The notes beneath the pieces are model-generated. The model made no database searches. It was not told the origin of the DNA and saw only the letters and a list, made by a program, of their open reading frames with translations. A stretch of DNA of 64,000 bases. It comes from Eledone cirrhosa (lineage: Eukaryota). Location: positions 39,680,001 to 39,744,000 of the forward strand of contig OZ024755.1 in assembly GCA_964016885.1 (NCBI GenBank), in the 5' to 3' direction. Shown here in pieces: positions 37,501 to 52,500 of this stretch (position 1 is the first letter of the stretch; each line of letters begins with the position of its first letter). A program made the position numbers and the translations under genes.

Positions 37501-40500
37501 GTGTGTGATATAAGTTAGTGTGTGATATATGTTAGTGTGTGATATATGTTAGTGTGTGATATATGTTAGTGTGTGATATACGATAGTGTGTGATATATGT
37601 CAGTGTGTGATATATATTAGTGTATGATATATGTTAGTGTGTGATTTATGTTAGTGTGTGATACATTTTGGTGTGTGATATATGTTAGTGTGTAATATAT
37701 GTTAGTGTGTGATATATGTTAGTGTGTGATATATGATAGTGTGTGATATATGTTAATGTGTGATATATGTTAGTGTGTGATATATGTTAGTGTGTGATAT
37801 ATGATAGTGTGTGATATATGTTAGTGTGTGATATATGTTAGTGTGTGATATATGTTAGTGTGTGATATATGTTAATGTGTGATATATGTTAGTGTGTGAT
37901 ATATGTTAATTTGTGATATATGTTAGCGTGTGATATATGTTAGTGTGTGATATATGTTAGTGTGTGATATATGTTAGTGTGTGATATATGTTAGTGTGTA
38001 ATATATGTTAGTGTGTGATATATGTTAGTGAGTGATATATGTTAATGTGTGATATATGTTAGTGTGTGATATATGTTAGTGTGTAATATATTTTAGTATG
38101 TGATATATGTTAGTGTGTGATATAAGTTAGTGTGTGATATATGTTAGTGTATGATATATGTTAGTGTGTGATATATGTTAGTGTGTGATATAAGTTAGTG
38201 TGTGATATATGTTAGTGTGTGATATATGTTAGTGTGTGATATATGTTAGTGTGTGATATACGTTAGTGTGTGATATATGTCAGTGTGTGATATATGTTAG
38301 TGTATGATATATGTTAGTGTGTGATATATGTTAGTGTGTGATATATTTTGGTGTGTGATATATGTTAGTGTGTAATATATGTTAGTGTGTGATATATGTT
38401 AGTGTGTGATATATGATAGTGTGTGATATATGTTAGTGTGTGATATATGTTAGTGTGTGATATATGTAAGTGTGTGATATATGTTAGTGTGTGATATATT
38501 TTGGTGTGTGATATATGTTAGTGTGTAATATATGTTAGTGTGTGATATATGTTAGTGTGTGATATATGATAGGGTGTAATATATGTTAGTGTGTGATATA
38601 TGTTAGTGTGTGATATATGTTAGTGTGTAACATATGTTAGTGTGTGTATATGTTAGTGTGTAATATATGTTAGTGTGTAAATATATTTTGGTGTATGATA
38701 TATGTTAGTGTGTGATATATGTTAATGTGTGATATATGTTAGTGTGTGATATATGTTAGTGTATAATATATGTTACTGTGTGATATATGTTAGTGTGTGA
38801 TATATGTTAGTGCGTGATATATGGTAGTGTGTGATAATGTGTGATATATGTTAGTGTGTGATATATGATAGTGTGTGATATATGATAGTGTGTGATATAT
38901 GTTAGTGTGTGATATATGTTAGTGTGTGATATATGTTAGTGTGTGATATATGTTAGTGTGTGATATATGTTAGTGTGTGATATATGTTAGTGTGTGATAT
39001 ATGATAGTGTGTGATATATGTTAGTGTGTGATATATGTTAATGTGTGATATATGTTAGTGTGTGATATATGATAGTGTGTGATATATGTTAGTGTGTGAC
39101 ATATGTTAGTGTGTGATATATGTTAGTGTGTGATATAATTTAGTGTGTCATATATGTTAGTGTGTGACATATGTTAGTGTGTGATATATTTTAGTGTGTG
39201 ATATATTTTAGTGTGTGATATATGTTAGTGTGTGATATATGTTAATGTGTGATATATTTTAGTGTGTGATATATGTTAGTGTGTGATAAATGTTAGTGTG
39301 TGATATATGTTAGTGTGTGATATATGTTAGTGTGTGATATATGTTAGTGTGTGATATATGTTAGTGTGTGATATATGTTAGTGTGTGATATATGTTAGTG
39401 TGTGATATATGTTAATGTGTGATATATGTTAGCGTGTGATATATGTTAATGTGTGATATATGTTAGTGTGTGATATGTTAGTGTGTTATATATGTTAGTG
39501 TGTGATATATGTTAGTGTGTGATATATGTTAATGTGTGATATATGTTAGTGTGTGATATATGTTAGTGTGTGATATATGTTAGTGTGTGATATATGTTAG
39601 TGTGTGATATATGTTAGTGTGTGATATATGTTAGTGTGTAATATATCTTAGTGTGTGGTATAGGTTAGTGTGTGATATAAGTTAGTGTGTGATATATGTT
39701 AGTGTGTGATATATTTTAGTGTGTGATATATGTTAGTGTGTGATATATGTTAATGTGTGATATATGTTAGTGTGTGATATATGTTAGTGTGTGATATATG
39801 TTAGTGTGTGATATATGTTAATGTGTGATATATGTTAGTGTGTGATATATGTTAGTGTGTGATATATGTTAATGTGTGATATATGTTAGTGTGTGATATA
39901 TGTTAATTTGTGATATATGTTAGTGTGTGATATATGTTAGTGTGTGATATATGTTAGTGTGTGATATATGTTAGTGTGTGATATATGTTAGTGTGTAATA
40001 TATGTTAGTGTGTGATATATGTTAGTGAGTGATATATGTTAATGTGTGATATATGTTAGTGTGTGATATATGTTAGTGTGTAATATATTTTAGTATGTGA
40101 TATATGTTAGTGTGTGATATAAGTTAGTGTGTGATATATGTTAGTGTATGATATATGTTAGTGTGTGATATATGTTAGTGTGTGATACATTTTGGTGTGT
40201 GATATATGTTAGTGTGTAATATATGTTAGTGTGTGATATATGATAGTGTGTGATATATGTTAATGTGTGATATATGTTAGTGTGTGATATACGATAGTGT
40301 GTGATATATGTCAGTGTGTGATATATATTAGTGTATGATATATGTTAGTGTGTGATTTATGTTAGTGTGTGATACATTTTGGTGTGTGATATATGTTAGT
40401 GTGTAATATATGTTAGTGTGTGATATATGTTAGTGTGTGATATATGATAGTGTGTGATATATGTTAATGTGTGATATATGTTAGTGTGTGATATATGTTA

Positions 40501-43500
40501 GTGTGTGATATATGATAGTGTGTGATATATGTTAGTGTGTGATATATGTTAGTGTGTGATATATGTTAGTGTGTGATATATGTTAATGTGTGATATATGT
40601 TAGTGTGTGATATATGTTAATTTGTGATATATGTTAGCGTGTGATATATGTTAGTGTGTGATATATGTTAGTGTGTGATATATGTTAGTGTGTGATATAT
40701 GTTAGTGTGTAATATATGTTAGTGTGTGATATATGTTAGTGAGTAATATATGTTAATGTGTGATATATGTTAGTGTGTGATATATGTTAGTGTGTAATAT
40801 ATTTTAGTATGTGATATATGTTAGTGTGTGATATAAGTTAGTGTGTGATATATGTTAGTGTATGATATATGTTAGTGTGTGATATATGTTAGTGTGTGAT
40901 ATAAGTTAGTGTGTGATATATGTTAGTGTGTGATATATGTTAGTGTGTGATATATGTTAGTGTGTGATATACGTTAGTGTGTGATATATGTCAGTGTGTG
41001 ATATATGTTAGTGTATGATATATGTTAGTGTTTGATATATGTTAGTGTGTGATATATTTTGGTGTGTGATATATGTTAGTGTGTAATATATGTTAGTGTG
41101 TGATATATGTTAGTTTGTGATATATGATAGTGTGTGATATATGTTAGTGTGTGATATATGTTAGTGTGTGATATATGTTAATGTGTGATATATGTTAGTG
41201 TGTGATATATGTTAGTGTGTGATATATGTTAATGTGTGATATATGTTAGTGTGTGATATATGTTAATTTGTGATATATGTTAGTGTGTGATATATGTTAG
41301 TGTGTGATATATGTTAGTGTGTGATATATGTTAGTGTGTGATATATGTTAGTGTGTAATATATGTTAGTGTGTGATATATGTTAGTGAGTGATATATGTT
41401 AATGTGTGATATATGTTAGTGTGTGATATATGTTAGTGTGTAATATATTTTAGTATGTGATATATGTTAGTGTGTGATATAAGTTAGTGTGTGATATATG
41501 TTAGTGTATGATATATGTTAGTGTGTGATATATGTTAGTGTGTGATATAAGTTAGTGTGTGATATATGTTAGTGTGTGATATATGTTAGTGTGTGATATA
41601 TGTTAGTGTGTGATATACGATAGTGTGTGATATATGTCAGTGTGTGATATATATTAGTGTATGATATATGTTAGTGTGTGATTTATGTTAGTGTGTGATA
41701 CATTTGGTGTGTGATATATGTTAGTGTGTAATATATGTTAGTGTGTGATATATGTTAGTGTGTGATATATGATAGTGTGTGATATATGTTAATGTGTGAT
41801 ATATGTTAGTGTGTGATATATGTTAGTGTGTGATATATGATAGTGTGTGATATATGTTAGTGTGTGATATATGTTAGTGTGTGATATATGTTAGTGTGTG
41901 ATATATGTTAATGTGTGATATATGTTAGTGTGTGATATATGTTAATTTGTGATATATGTTAGCGTGTGATATATGTTAGTGTGTGATATATGTTAGTGTG
42001 TGATATATGTTAGTGTGTGATATATGTTAGTGTGTAATATATGTTAGTGTGTGATATATGTTAGTGAGTGATATATGTTAATGTGTGATATATGTTAGTG
42101 TGTGATATATGTTAGTGTGTAATATATTTTAGTATGTGATATATGTTAGTGTGTGATATAAGTTAGTGTGTGATATATGTTAGTGTATGATATATGTTAG
42201 TGTGTGATATATGTTAGTGTGTGATATAAGTTAGTGTGTGATAAATGTTAGTGTGTGATATATGTTAGTGTGTGATATATGTTAGTGTGTGATATACGTT
42301 AGTGTGTGATATATGTCAGTGTGTGATATATGTTAGTGTATGATATATGTTAGTGTTTGATATATGTTAGTGTGTGATATATTTTGGTGTGTGATATATG
42401 TTAGTGTGTAATATATGTTAGTGTGTGATATATGTTAGTGTGTGATATATGATAGTGTGTGATATATGTTAGTGTGTGATATATGTTAGTGTGTGATATA
42501 TGTAAGTGTGTGATATATGTTAGTGTGTGATATATTTTGGTGTGTGATATATGTTAGTGTGTAATATATGTTAGTGTGTGATATATGTTAGTGTGTGATA
42601 TATGATAGGGTGTAATATATGTTAGTGTGTGATATATGTTAGTGTGTGATATATGTTAGTGTGTAAATATATTTTGGTGTATGATATATGTTAGTGTGTG
42701 ATATATGTTAATGTGTGATATATGTTAGTGTGTGATATGTGTTAGTGTATAATATATGTTACTGTGTGATATATGTTAGTGTGTGATATATGTTAGTGCG
42801 TGATATATGGTAGTGTGTGATAATGTGTGATATATGTTAGTGTGTGATATATGATAGTGTGTGATATATATTAGTGTGTGATATATGTTAGTGTGTGATT
42901 TATGTTAGTGTGTGATACATTTGGTGTGTGATATATGTTAGTGTGTAATATATGTTAGTGTGTGATATATGTTAGTGTGTGATATATGATAGTGTGTGAT
43001 ATATGTTAATGTGTGATATATGTTAGTGTGTGATATATGTTAGTGTGTGATATATGATAGTGTGTGATATATGTTAGTGTGTGATATATGTTAGTGTGTG
43101 ATATATGTTAGTGTGTGATATATGTTAATGTGTGATATATGTTAGTGTGTGATATATGTTAATTTGTGATATATGTTAGCGTGTGATATATGTTAGTGTG
43201 TGATATATGTTAGTGTGTGATATATGTTAGTGTGTGATATATGTTAGTGTGTAATATATGTTAGTGTGTGATATATGTTAGTGAGTGATATATGTTAATG
43301 TGTGATATATGTTAGTGTGTGATATATGTTAGTGTGTAATATATTTTAGTATGTGATATATGTTAGTGTGTGATATAAGTTAGTGTGTGATATATGTTAG
43401 TGTATGATATATGTTAGTGTGTGATATATGTTAGTGTGTGATATAAGTTAGTGTGTGATAAATGTTAGTGTGTGATATATGTTAGTGTGTGATATATGTT

Positions 43501-46500
43501 AGTGTGTGATATACGTTAGTGTGTGATATATGTCAGTGTGTGATATATGTTAGTGTATGATATATGTTAGTGTTTGATATATGTTAGTGTGTGATATATT
43601 TTGGTGTGTGATATATGTTAGTGTGTAATATATGTTAGTGTGTGATATATGTTAGTGTGTGATATATGATAGTGTGTGATATATGTTAGTGTGTGATATA
43701 TGTTAGTGTGTGATATATGTTAATGTGTGATATATGTTAGTGTGTGATATATGTTAGTGTGTGATATATGTTAATGTGTGATATATGTTAGTGTGTGATA
43801 TATGTTAATTTGTGATATATGTTAGTGTGTGATATATGTTAGTGTGTGATATATGTTAGTGTGTGATATATGTTAGTGTGTGATATATGTTAGTGTGTAA
43901 TATATGTTAGTGTGTGATATATGTTAGTGAGTGATATATGTTAATGTGTGATATATGTTAGTGTGTGATATATGTTAGTGTGTAATATATTTTAGTATGT
44001 GATATATGTTAGTGTGTGATATAAGTTAGTGTGTGATATATGTTAGTGTATGATATATGTTAGTGTGTGATATATGTTAGTGTGTGATATAAGTTAGTGT
44101 GTGATATATGTTAGTGTGTGATATATGTTAGTGTGTGATATATGTTAGTGTGTGATATACGATAGTGTGTGATATATGTCAGTGTGTGATATATATTAGT
44201 GTATGATATATGTTAGTGTGTGATTTATGTTAGTGTGTGATACATTTGGTGTGTGATATATGTTAGTGTGTAATATATGTTAGTGTGTGATATATGTTAG
44301 TGTGTGATATATGATAGTGTGTGATATATGTTAATGTGTGATATATGTTAGTGTGTGATATATGTTAGTGTGTGATATATGATAGTGTGTGATATATGTT
44401 AGTGTGTGATATATGTTAGTGTGTGATATATGTTAGTGTGTGATATATGTTAATGTGTGATATATGTTAGTGTGTGATATATGTTAATTTGTGATATATG
44501 TTAGCGTGTGATATATGTTAGTGTGTGATATATGTTAGTGTGTGATATATGTTAGTGTGTGATATATGTTAGTGTGTAATATATGTTAGTGTGTGATATA
44601 TGTTAGTGAGTGATATATGTTAATGTGTGATATATGTTAGTGTGTGATATATGTTAGTGTGTAATATATTTTAGTATGTGATATATGTTAGTGTGTGATA
44701 TAAGTTAGTGTGTGATATATGTTAGTGTATGATATATGTTAGTGTGTGATATATGTTAGTGTGTGATATAAGTTAGTGTGTGATAAATGTTAGTGTGTGA
44801 TATATGTTAGTGTGTGATATATGTTAGTGTGTGATATACGTTAGTGTGTGATATATGTCAGTGTGTGATATATGTTAGTGTATGATATATGTTAGTGTTT
44901 GATATATGTTAGTGTGTGATATATTTTGGTGTGTGATATATGTTAGTGTGTAATATATGTTAGTGTGTGATATATGTTAGTGTGTGATATATGATAGTGT
45001 GTGATATATGTTAGTGTGTGATATATGTTAGTGTGTGATATATGTAAGTGTGTGATATATGTTAGTGTGTGATATATTTTGGTGTGTGATATATGTTAGT
45101 GTGTAATATATGTTAGTGTGTGATATATGTTAGTGTGTGATATATGATAGGGTGTAATATATGTTAGTGTGTGATATATGTTAGTGTGTGATATATGTTA
45201 GTGTGTAAATATATTTTGGTGTATGATATATGTTAGTGTGTGATATATGTTAATGTGTGATATATGTTAGTGTGTGATATGTGTTAGTGTATAATATATG
45301 TTACTGTGTGATATATGTTAGTGTGTGATATATGTTAGTGCGTGATATATGGTAGTGTGTGATAATGTGTGATATATGTTAGTGTGTGATATATGATAGT
45401 GTGTGATATATATTAGTGTGTGATATATGTTAGTGTGTGATATATGTTAGTGTGTGATATATGTTAGTGTGTGATATATGTTAGTGTGTGATATATGTTA
45501 GTGTGTGATATATGTTAGTGTGTGATATATGTTAATGTGTGATATATGTTAGTGTGTAATATATCTTAGTGTGTGGTATATGTTAGTGTGTGATATAAGT
45601 TAGTGTGTGATATATGTTAGTGTGTGATATATTTTAGTGTGTGATATATGTTAGTGTGTGATATATGTTAATGTGTGATATATGTTAGTGTGTGATATAT
45701 GTTAGTGTGTGATATATGTTAGTGTGTGATATATGTTAATGTGTGATATATGTTAGTGTGTGATATATGTTAGTGTGTGATATATGTTAATGTGTGATAT
45801 ATGTTAGTGTGTGATATATGTTAATTTGTGATATATGTTAGTGTGTGATATATGTTAGTGTGTGATATATGTTAGTGTGTGATATATGTTAGTGTGTGAT
45901 ATATGTTAGTGTGTAATATATGTTAGTGTGTGATATATGTTAGTGAGTGATATATGTTAATGTGTGATATATGTTAGTGTGTGATATATGTTAGTGTGTA
46001 ATATATTTTAGTATGTGATATATGTTAGTGTGTGATATAAGTTAGTGTGTGATATATGTTAGTGTATGATATATGTTAGTGTGTGATATATGTTAGTGTG
46101 TGATATAAGTTAGTGTGTGATATATGTTAGTGTGTGATATATGTTAGTGTGTGATATATGTTAGTGTGTGATATACGTTAGTGTGTGATATATGTCAGTG
46201 TGTGATATATATTAGTGTATGATATATGTTAGTGTGTGATTTATGTTAGTGTGTGATATATTTTGGTGTGTGATATATGTTAGTGTGTAATATATGTTAG
46301 TGTGTGATATATGTTAGTGTGTGATATATGATAGTGTGTGATATATGTTAATGTGTGATATATGTTAGTGTGTGATATATGTTAGTGTGTGATATATGAT
46401 AGTGTGTGATATATGTTAGTGTGTGATATATGTTAGTGTGTGATATATGTTAATGTGTGATATATGTTAGTGTGTGATATATGTTAATTTGTGATATATG

Positions 46501-49500
46501 TTAGCGTGTGATATATGTTAGTGTGTGATATATGTTAGTGTGTGATATATGTTAGTGTGTGATATATGTTAGTGTGTAATATATGTTAGTGTGTGATATA
46601 TGTTAGTGAGTGATATATGTTAATGTGTGATATATGTTAGTGTGTGATATATGTTAGTGTGTAATATATTTTAGTATGTGATATATGTTAGTGTGTGATA
46701 TAAGTTAGTGTGTGATATATGTTAGTGTATGATATATGTTAGTGTGTGATATATGTTAGTGTGTGATATAAGTTAGTGTGTGATATATGTTAGTGTGTGA
46801 TATATGTTAGTGTGTGATATATGTTAGTGTGTGATATACGTTAGTGTGTGATATATGTCAGTGTGTGGTATATGTTAGTGCATGATATATGTTAGTGTGT
46901 GATATATGTTAGTGTGTGATATATTTTGGTGTGTGATATATGTTAGTGTGTAATATATGTTAGTGTGTGATATATGTTAGTGTGTGATATATGATAGTGT
47001 GTGATATATGTTAGTGTGTGATATATGTTAGTGTGTGATATATGTAAGTGTGTGATATATGTTAGTGTGTGATATATTTTGGTGTGTGATATATGTTAGT
47101 GTGTAATATATGTTAGTGTGTGATATATGTTAGTGTGTGATATATGATAGGGTGTAATATATGTTAGTGTGTGATATATGTTAGTGTGTGATATATGTTA
47201 GTGTGTAACATATGTTAGTGTGTGTATATGTTAGTGTGTAATATATGTTAGTGTGTAAATATATTTTGGTGTATGATATATGTTAGTGTGTGATATATGT
47301 TAGTGTGTGATATATGTTAGTGCGTGATATATGGTAGTGTGTGATAATGTGTGATATATGTTAGTGTGTGATATATGATAGTGTGTGATATATGATAGTG
47401 TGTGATATATGTTAGTGTGTGATATATGTTAGTGTGTGATATATGTTAGTGTGTGATATATGTTAGTGTGTGATATATGTTAGTGTGTGATATATGATAG
47501 TGTGTGATATATGTTAGTGTGTGATATATGTTAATGTGTGATATATGTTAGTGTGTGATATATGATAGTGTGTGATATATGTTAGTGTGTGATATATGTT
47601 AGTGTGTGATATATGTTAGTGTGTGATATAATTTAGTGTGTCATATATGTTAGTGTGTGACATATGTTAGTGTGTGATATATTTTAGTGTGTGATATATT
47701 TTAGTGTGTGATATATGTTAGTGTGTGATATATGTTAATGTGTGATATATTTTAGTGTGTGATATATGTTAGTGTGTGATAAATGTTAGTGTGTGATATA
47801 TGTTAGTGTGTGATATATGTTAGTGTGTGATATATGTTAGTGTGTGATATATGTTAGTGTGTGATATATGTTAGTGTGTGATATATGTTAGTGTGTGATA
47901 TATGTTAGTGTGTGATATATGTTAATGTGTGATATATGTTAGCGTGTGATATATGTTAATGTGTGATATATGTTAGTGTGTGATATGTTAGTGTGTTATA
48001 TATGTTAGTGTGTGATATATGTTAGTGTGTGATATATGTTAATGTGTGATATATGTTAGTGTGTGATATATGTTAGTGTGTGATATATGTTAGTGTGTGA
48101 TATATGTTAGTGTGTGATATATGTTAATGTGTGATATATGTTAGTGTGTGATATATGTTAATGTGTGATATATGTTAGTGTGTGATATGTTAGTGTGTTA
48201 TATATGTTAGTGTGTGATTTATTTTAGTGTGTGATATATGTTAGTGTGTGATATATGTTAATGTGTGATATATGTTAGTGTGTGATATATGTTAGTGTGT
48301 GATATACGTTAGTGTGTGATATATGTCAGTGTGTGATATATGTTAGTGTATGATATATGTTAGTGTGTGATATATGTTAGTGTGTGATATATTTTGGTGT
48401 GTGATATATGTTAGTGTGTAATATATGTTAGTGTGTGATATATGTTAGTGTGTGTTATATGATAGTGTGTGATATATGTTAGTGTGTGATATATGTTAGT
48501 GTGTGATATATGTTAGTGTGTGATATATGATAGTGTGTGATATATGTTAGTGTGTGATATATGTTAGTGTGTGATATATGTTAGTGTGTAATATATGTTA
48601 GTGTGTGATATATGTTAGTGTGTGATATATGTTAGTGTGTAACATATGTTAGTGTGTGTATATGTTAGTGTGTAATATATGTTAGTGTGTAAATATATTT
48701 TGGTGGATGATATATGTTAGTGTGTGATATATGTTAATGTGTGATATATGTTAGTGTGTGATATATGTTAGTGTATAATATATGTTACTGTGTGATATAT
48801 GTTAGTGTGTGATATATGTTAGTGCGTGATATATGGTAGTGTGTGATAATGTATGATATATGTTAGTGTGTGATATATGTTAATGTGTGATATATGTTAG
48901 TGTGTGATATATGATAGTGTGTGATATATGTTAGTGTGTGATATATGTTAGTATGTGATATATGTTAGTGTGTGATCTAATTTAGTGTGTCATATATGTT
49001 AGTGTGTGATATATGTTAGTGTGTGATATATTTTAGTGTGTGATATATTTTAGTGTGTGATATATGTTAGTGTGTGATATATGTTAGTGTGTGATATATG
49101 TTAGTGTGTGATATATGTTAGTGTGTGATATATGTTAGTGTGTGATATATGTTAATGTGTGATATATGTTAGTGTGTGATATATGTTAGTGTGTGATATA
49201 TGTTAATGTGTGATATATGTTAGTGTGTGATATATGTTAATTTGTGATATATGTTAGTGTGTGATATATGTTAGTGTGTGATATATGTTAGTGTGTGATA
49301 TATGTTAGTGTGTGATATATGTTAGTGTGTAATATATGTTAGTGTGTGATATATGTTAGTGAGTGATATATGTTAATGTGTGATATATGTTAGTGTGTGA
49401 TATATGTTAGTGTGTAATATATTTTAGTATGTGATATATGTTAGTGTGTGATATAAGTTAGTGTGTGATATATGTTAGTGTATGATATATGTTAGTGTGT

Positions 49501-52500
49501 GATATATGTTAGTGTGTGATATAAGTTAGTGTGTGATATATGTTAGTGTGTGATATATGTTAGTGTGTGATATATGTTAGTGTGTGATATACGTTAGTGT
49601 GTGATATATGTCAGTGTGTGATATATGTTAGTGTATGATATATGTTAGTGTGTGATTTATGTTAGTGTGTGATATATTTTGGTGTGTGATATATGTTAGT
49701 GTGTAATATATGTTAGTGTGTGATATATGTTAGTGTGTGATATATGATAGTGTGTGATATATGTTAATGTGTGATATATGTTAGTGTGTGATATATGTTA
49801 GTGTGTGATATATGATAGTGTGTGATATATGTTAGTGTGTGATATATGTTAGTGTGTGATATATGTTAGTGTGTGATATATGTTAATGTGTGATATATGT
49901 TAGTGTGTGATATATGTTAATTTGTGATATATGTTAGCGTGTGATATATGTTAGTGTGTGATATATGTTAGTGTGTGATATATGTTAGTGTGTGATATAT
50001 GTTAGTGTGTAATATATGTTAGTGTGTGATATAAGTTAGTGTGTGATATATGTTAGTGTATGATATATGTTAGAGTGTGATATATGTTAGTGTGTGATAT
50101 AAGTTAGTGTGTGATATATGTTAGTGTGTGATATATGTTAGTGTGTGATATATGTTAGTGTGTGATATACGTTAGTGTGTGATATATGTCAGTGTGTGAT
50201 ATATGTTAGTGTATGATATATGTTAGTGTGTGATATATGTTAGTGTGTGATATATTTTGGTGTGTGATATATGTTAGTGTGTAATATATGTTAGTGTGTG
50301 ATATATGACAGTGTGTGATATATGATAGTGTGTGATATATGTTAGTGTGTGATATATGTTAGTGTGTGATATATGTTAGTGTGTGATATATGATAGTGTG
50401 TGATATATGTTAGTGTGTGATATATGTAAGTGTGTGATATATGTTAGTGTGTGATATATTTTGGTGTGTGATATATGTTAGTGTGTAATATATGTTAGTG
50501 TGTGATATATGTTAGTGTGTGATATATGATAGTGTGTAATATATGTTAGTGTGTGATATATGTTAGTGTGTGATATATGTTAGTGTGTAACATATGTTAG
50601 TGTGTGTATATGTTAGTGTGTAATATATGTTAGTGTGTAAATATATTTTGGTGTATGATATATGTTAGTGTGTGATATATGTTAATGTGTGATATATGTT
50701 AGTGTGTGATATATGTTAGTGTATAATATATGTTACTGTGTGATATATGTTAGTGTGTGATATATGTTAGTGCGTGATATATGGTAGTGTGTGATAATGT
50801 GTGATATATGTTAGTGTGTGATATATGATAGTGTGTGATATATGATAGTGTGTGATATATGTTAGTGTGTGATATATGTTAGTGTGTGATATATGTTAGT
50901 GTGTGATATATGTTAGTGTGTGATATATGTTAGTGTGTGATATATGTTAGTGTGTGATATATGATAGTGTGTGATATATGTTAGTGTGTGATATATGTTA
51001 ATGTGTGATATATGTTAGTGTGTGATATATGATAGTGTGTGATATATGTTAGTGTGTGATATATGTTAGTGTGTGATATATGTTAGTGTGTGATATAATT
51101 TAGTGTGTCATATATGTTAGTGTGTGACATATGTTAGTGTGTGATATATTTTAGTGTGTGATATATTTTAGTGTGTGATATATGTTAGTGTGTGATATAT
51201 GTTAGTGTGTGATATATTTTAGTGTGTGATATATGTTAGTGTGTGATAAATGTTAGCGCGTGATATATGTTAGTGTGTGATTTATGTTAGTGTGTGATAT
51301 ATGTTAGTGTGTGATATATGTTAGTGTGTTATATATGTTAGTGTGTGATATATGTTAGTGTGTGATATATGTTAATGTGTGATATATGTTAGTGTGTGAT
51401 ATATGTTAGTGTGTGATATATGTTAGTGTGTGATATATGTTAGTGTGTGATATATGTTAATGTGTGATATATGTTAGTGTGTGATATATGTTAATGTGTG
51501 ATATATGTTAGTGTGTGATATGTTAGTGTGTTATATATGTTAGTGTGTGATTTATTTTAGTGTGTGATATATGTTAGTGTGTGATATATGTTAATGTGTG
51601 ATATATGTTAGTGTGTGATATATGTTAGTGTGTGATATATGTCAGTGTGTGATATATGTTAATGTGTGATATATGTTAGTGTGTGATATATGTTAGTGTG
51701 TGATATATGTTAATGTGTGATATATGTTAGTGTGTGATATATGTTAATGTGTGATATATGTTAGTGTGTGATATATGCTAGTGTGTGATATATGTTAGTG
51801 TGTGATATATGTTAGTGTGTGATATATGTTAGTGTGTGATATATGTTAGTGTGTGATATATGTTAGTGTGTGATATATTTTAGTGTGTGATATATGTTAA
51901 TGTGTGATATATGTTAGTGTGTGATATATGCTAGTGTGTGATATATGTTAGTGTGTAATATATCTTAGTGTGTGGTATATGTTAGTGTGTGATATAAGTT
52001 AGTGTGTGATATATGTTAGTGTGTGATATATGTTAGTGTGTGATATATGTTAGTGTGTGATATATGTTAGTGTGTGATATATGTTAGTGTGTGATATATG
52101 TTAGTGTGTGATATATTTTAGTGTGTGATATATGTTAGTGTGTGATATATGTTAATGTGTGATATATGTTAGTGTGTGATATATGTTAGTGTGTGATATA
52201 TGTTAATGTGTGATATATGTCAGTGTGTGATATATGTTAGTGTGTGATATATGTTAATGTGTGATATATGTTAGTGTGTGATATATGTTAATTTGTGATA
52301 TATGTTAGTGTGTGATATATGTTAGTGTGTGATATATGTTAGTGTGTGATATATGTTAGTGTGTGATATATGTTAATGTGTGATATATGTTAGTGTGTGA
52401 TATATGTTAGTGTGTAATATATTTTAGTATGTGATATATGTTAGTGTGTGATATAAGTTAGTGTGTGATATATGTTAGTGTATGATATATGTTAGTGTCT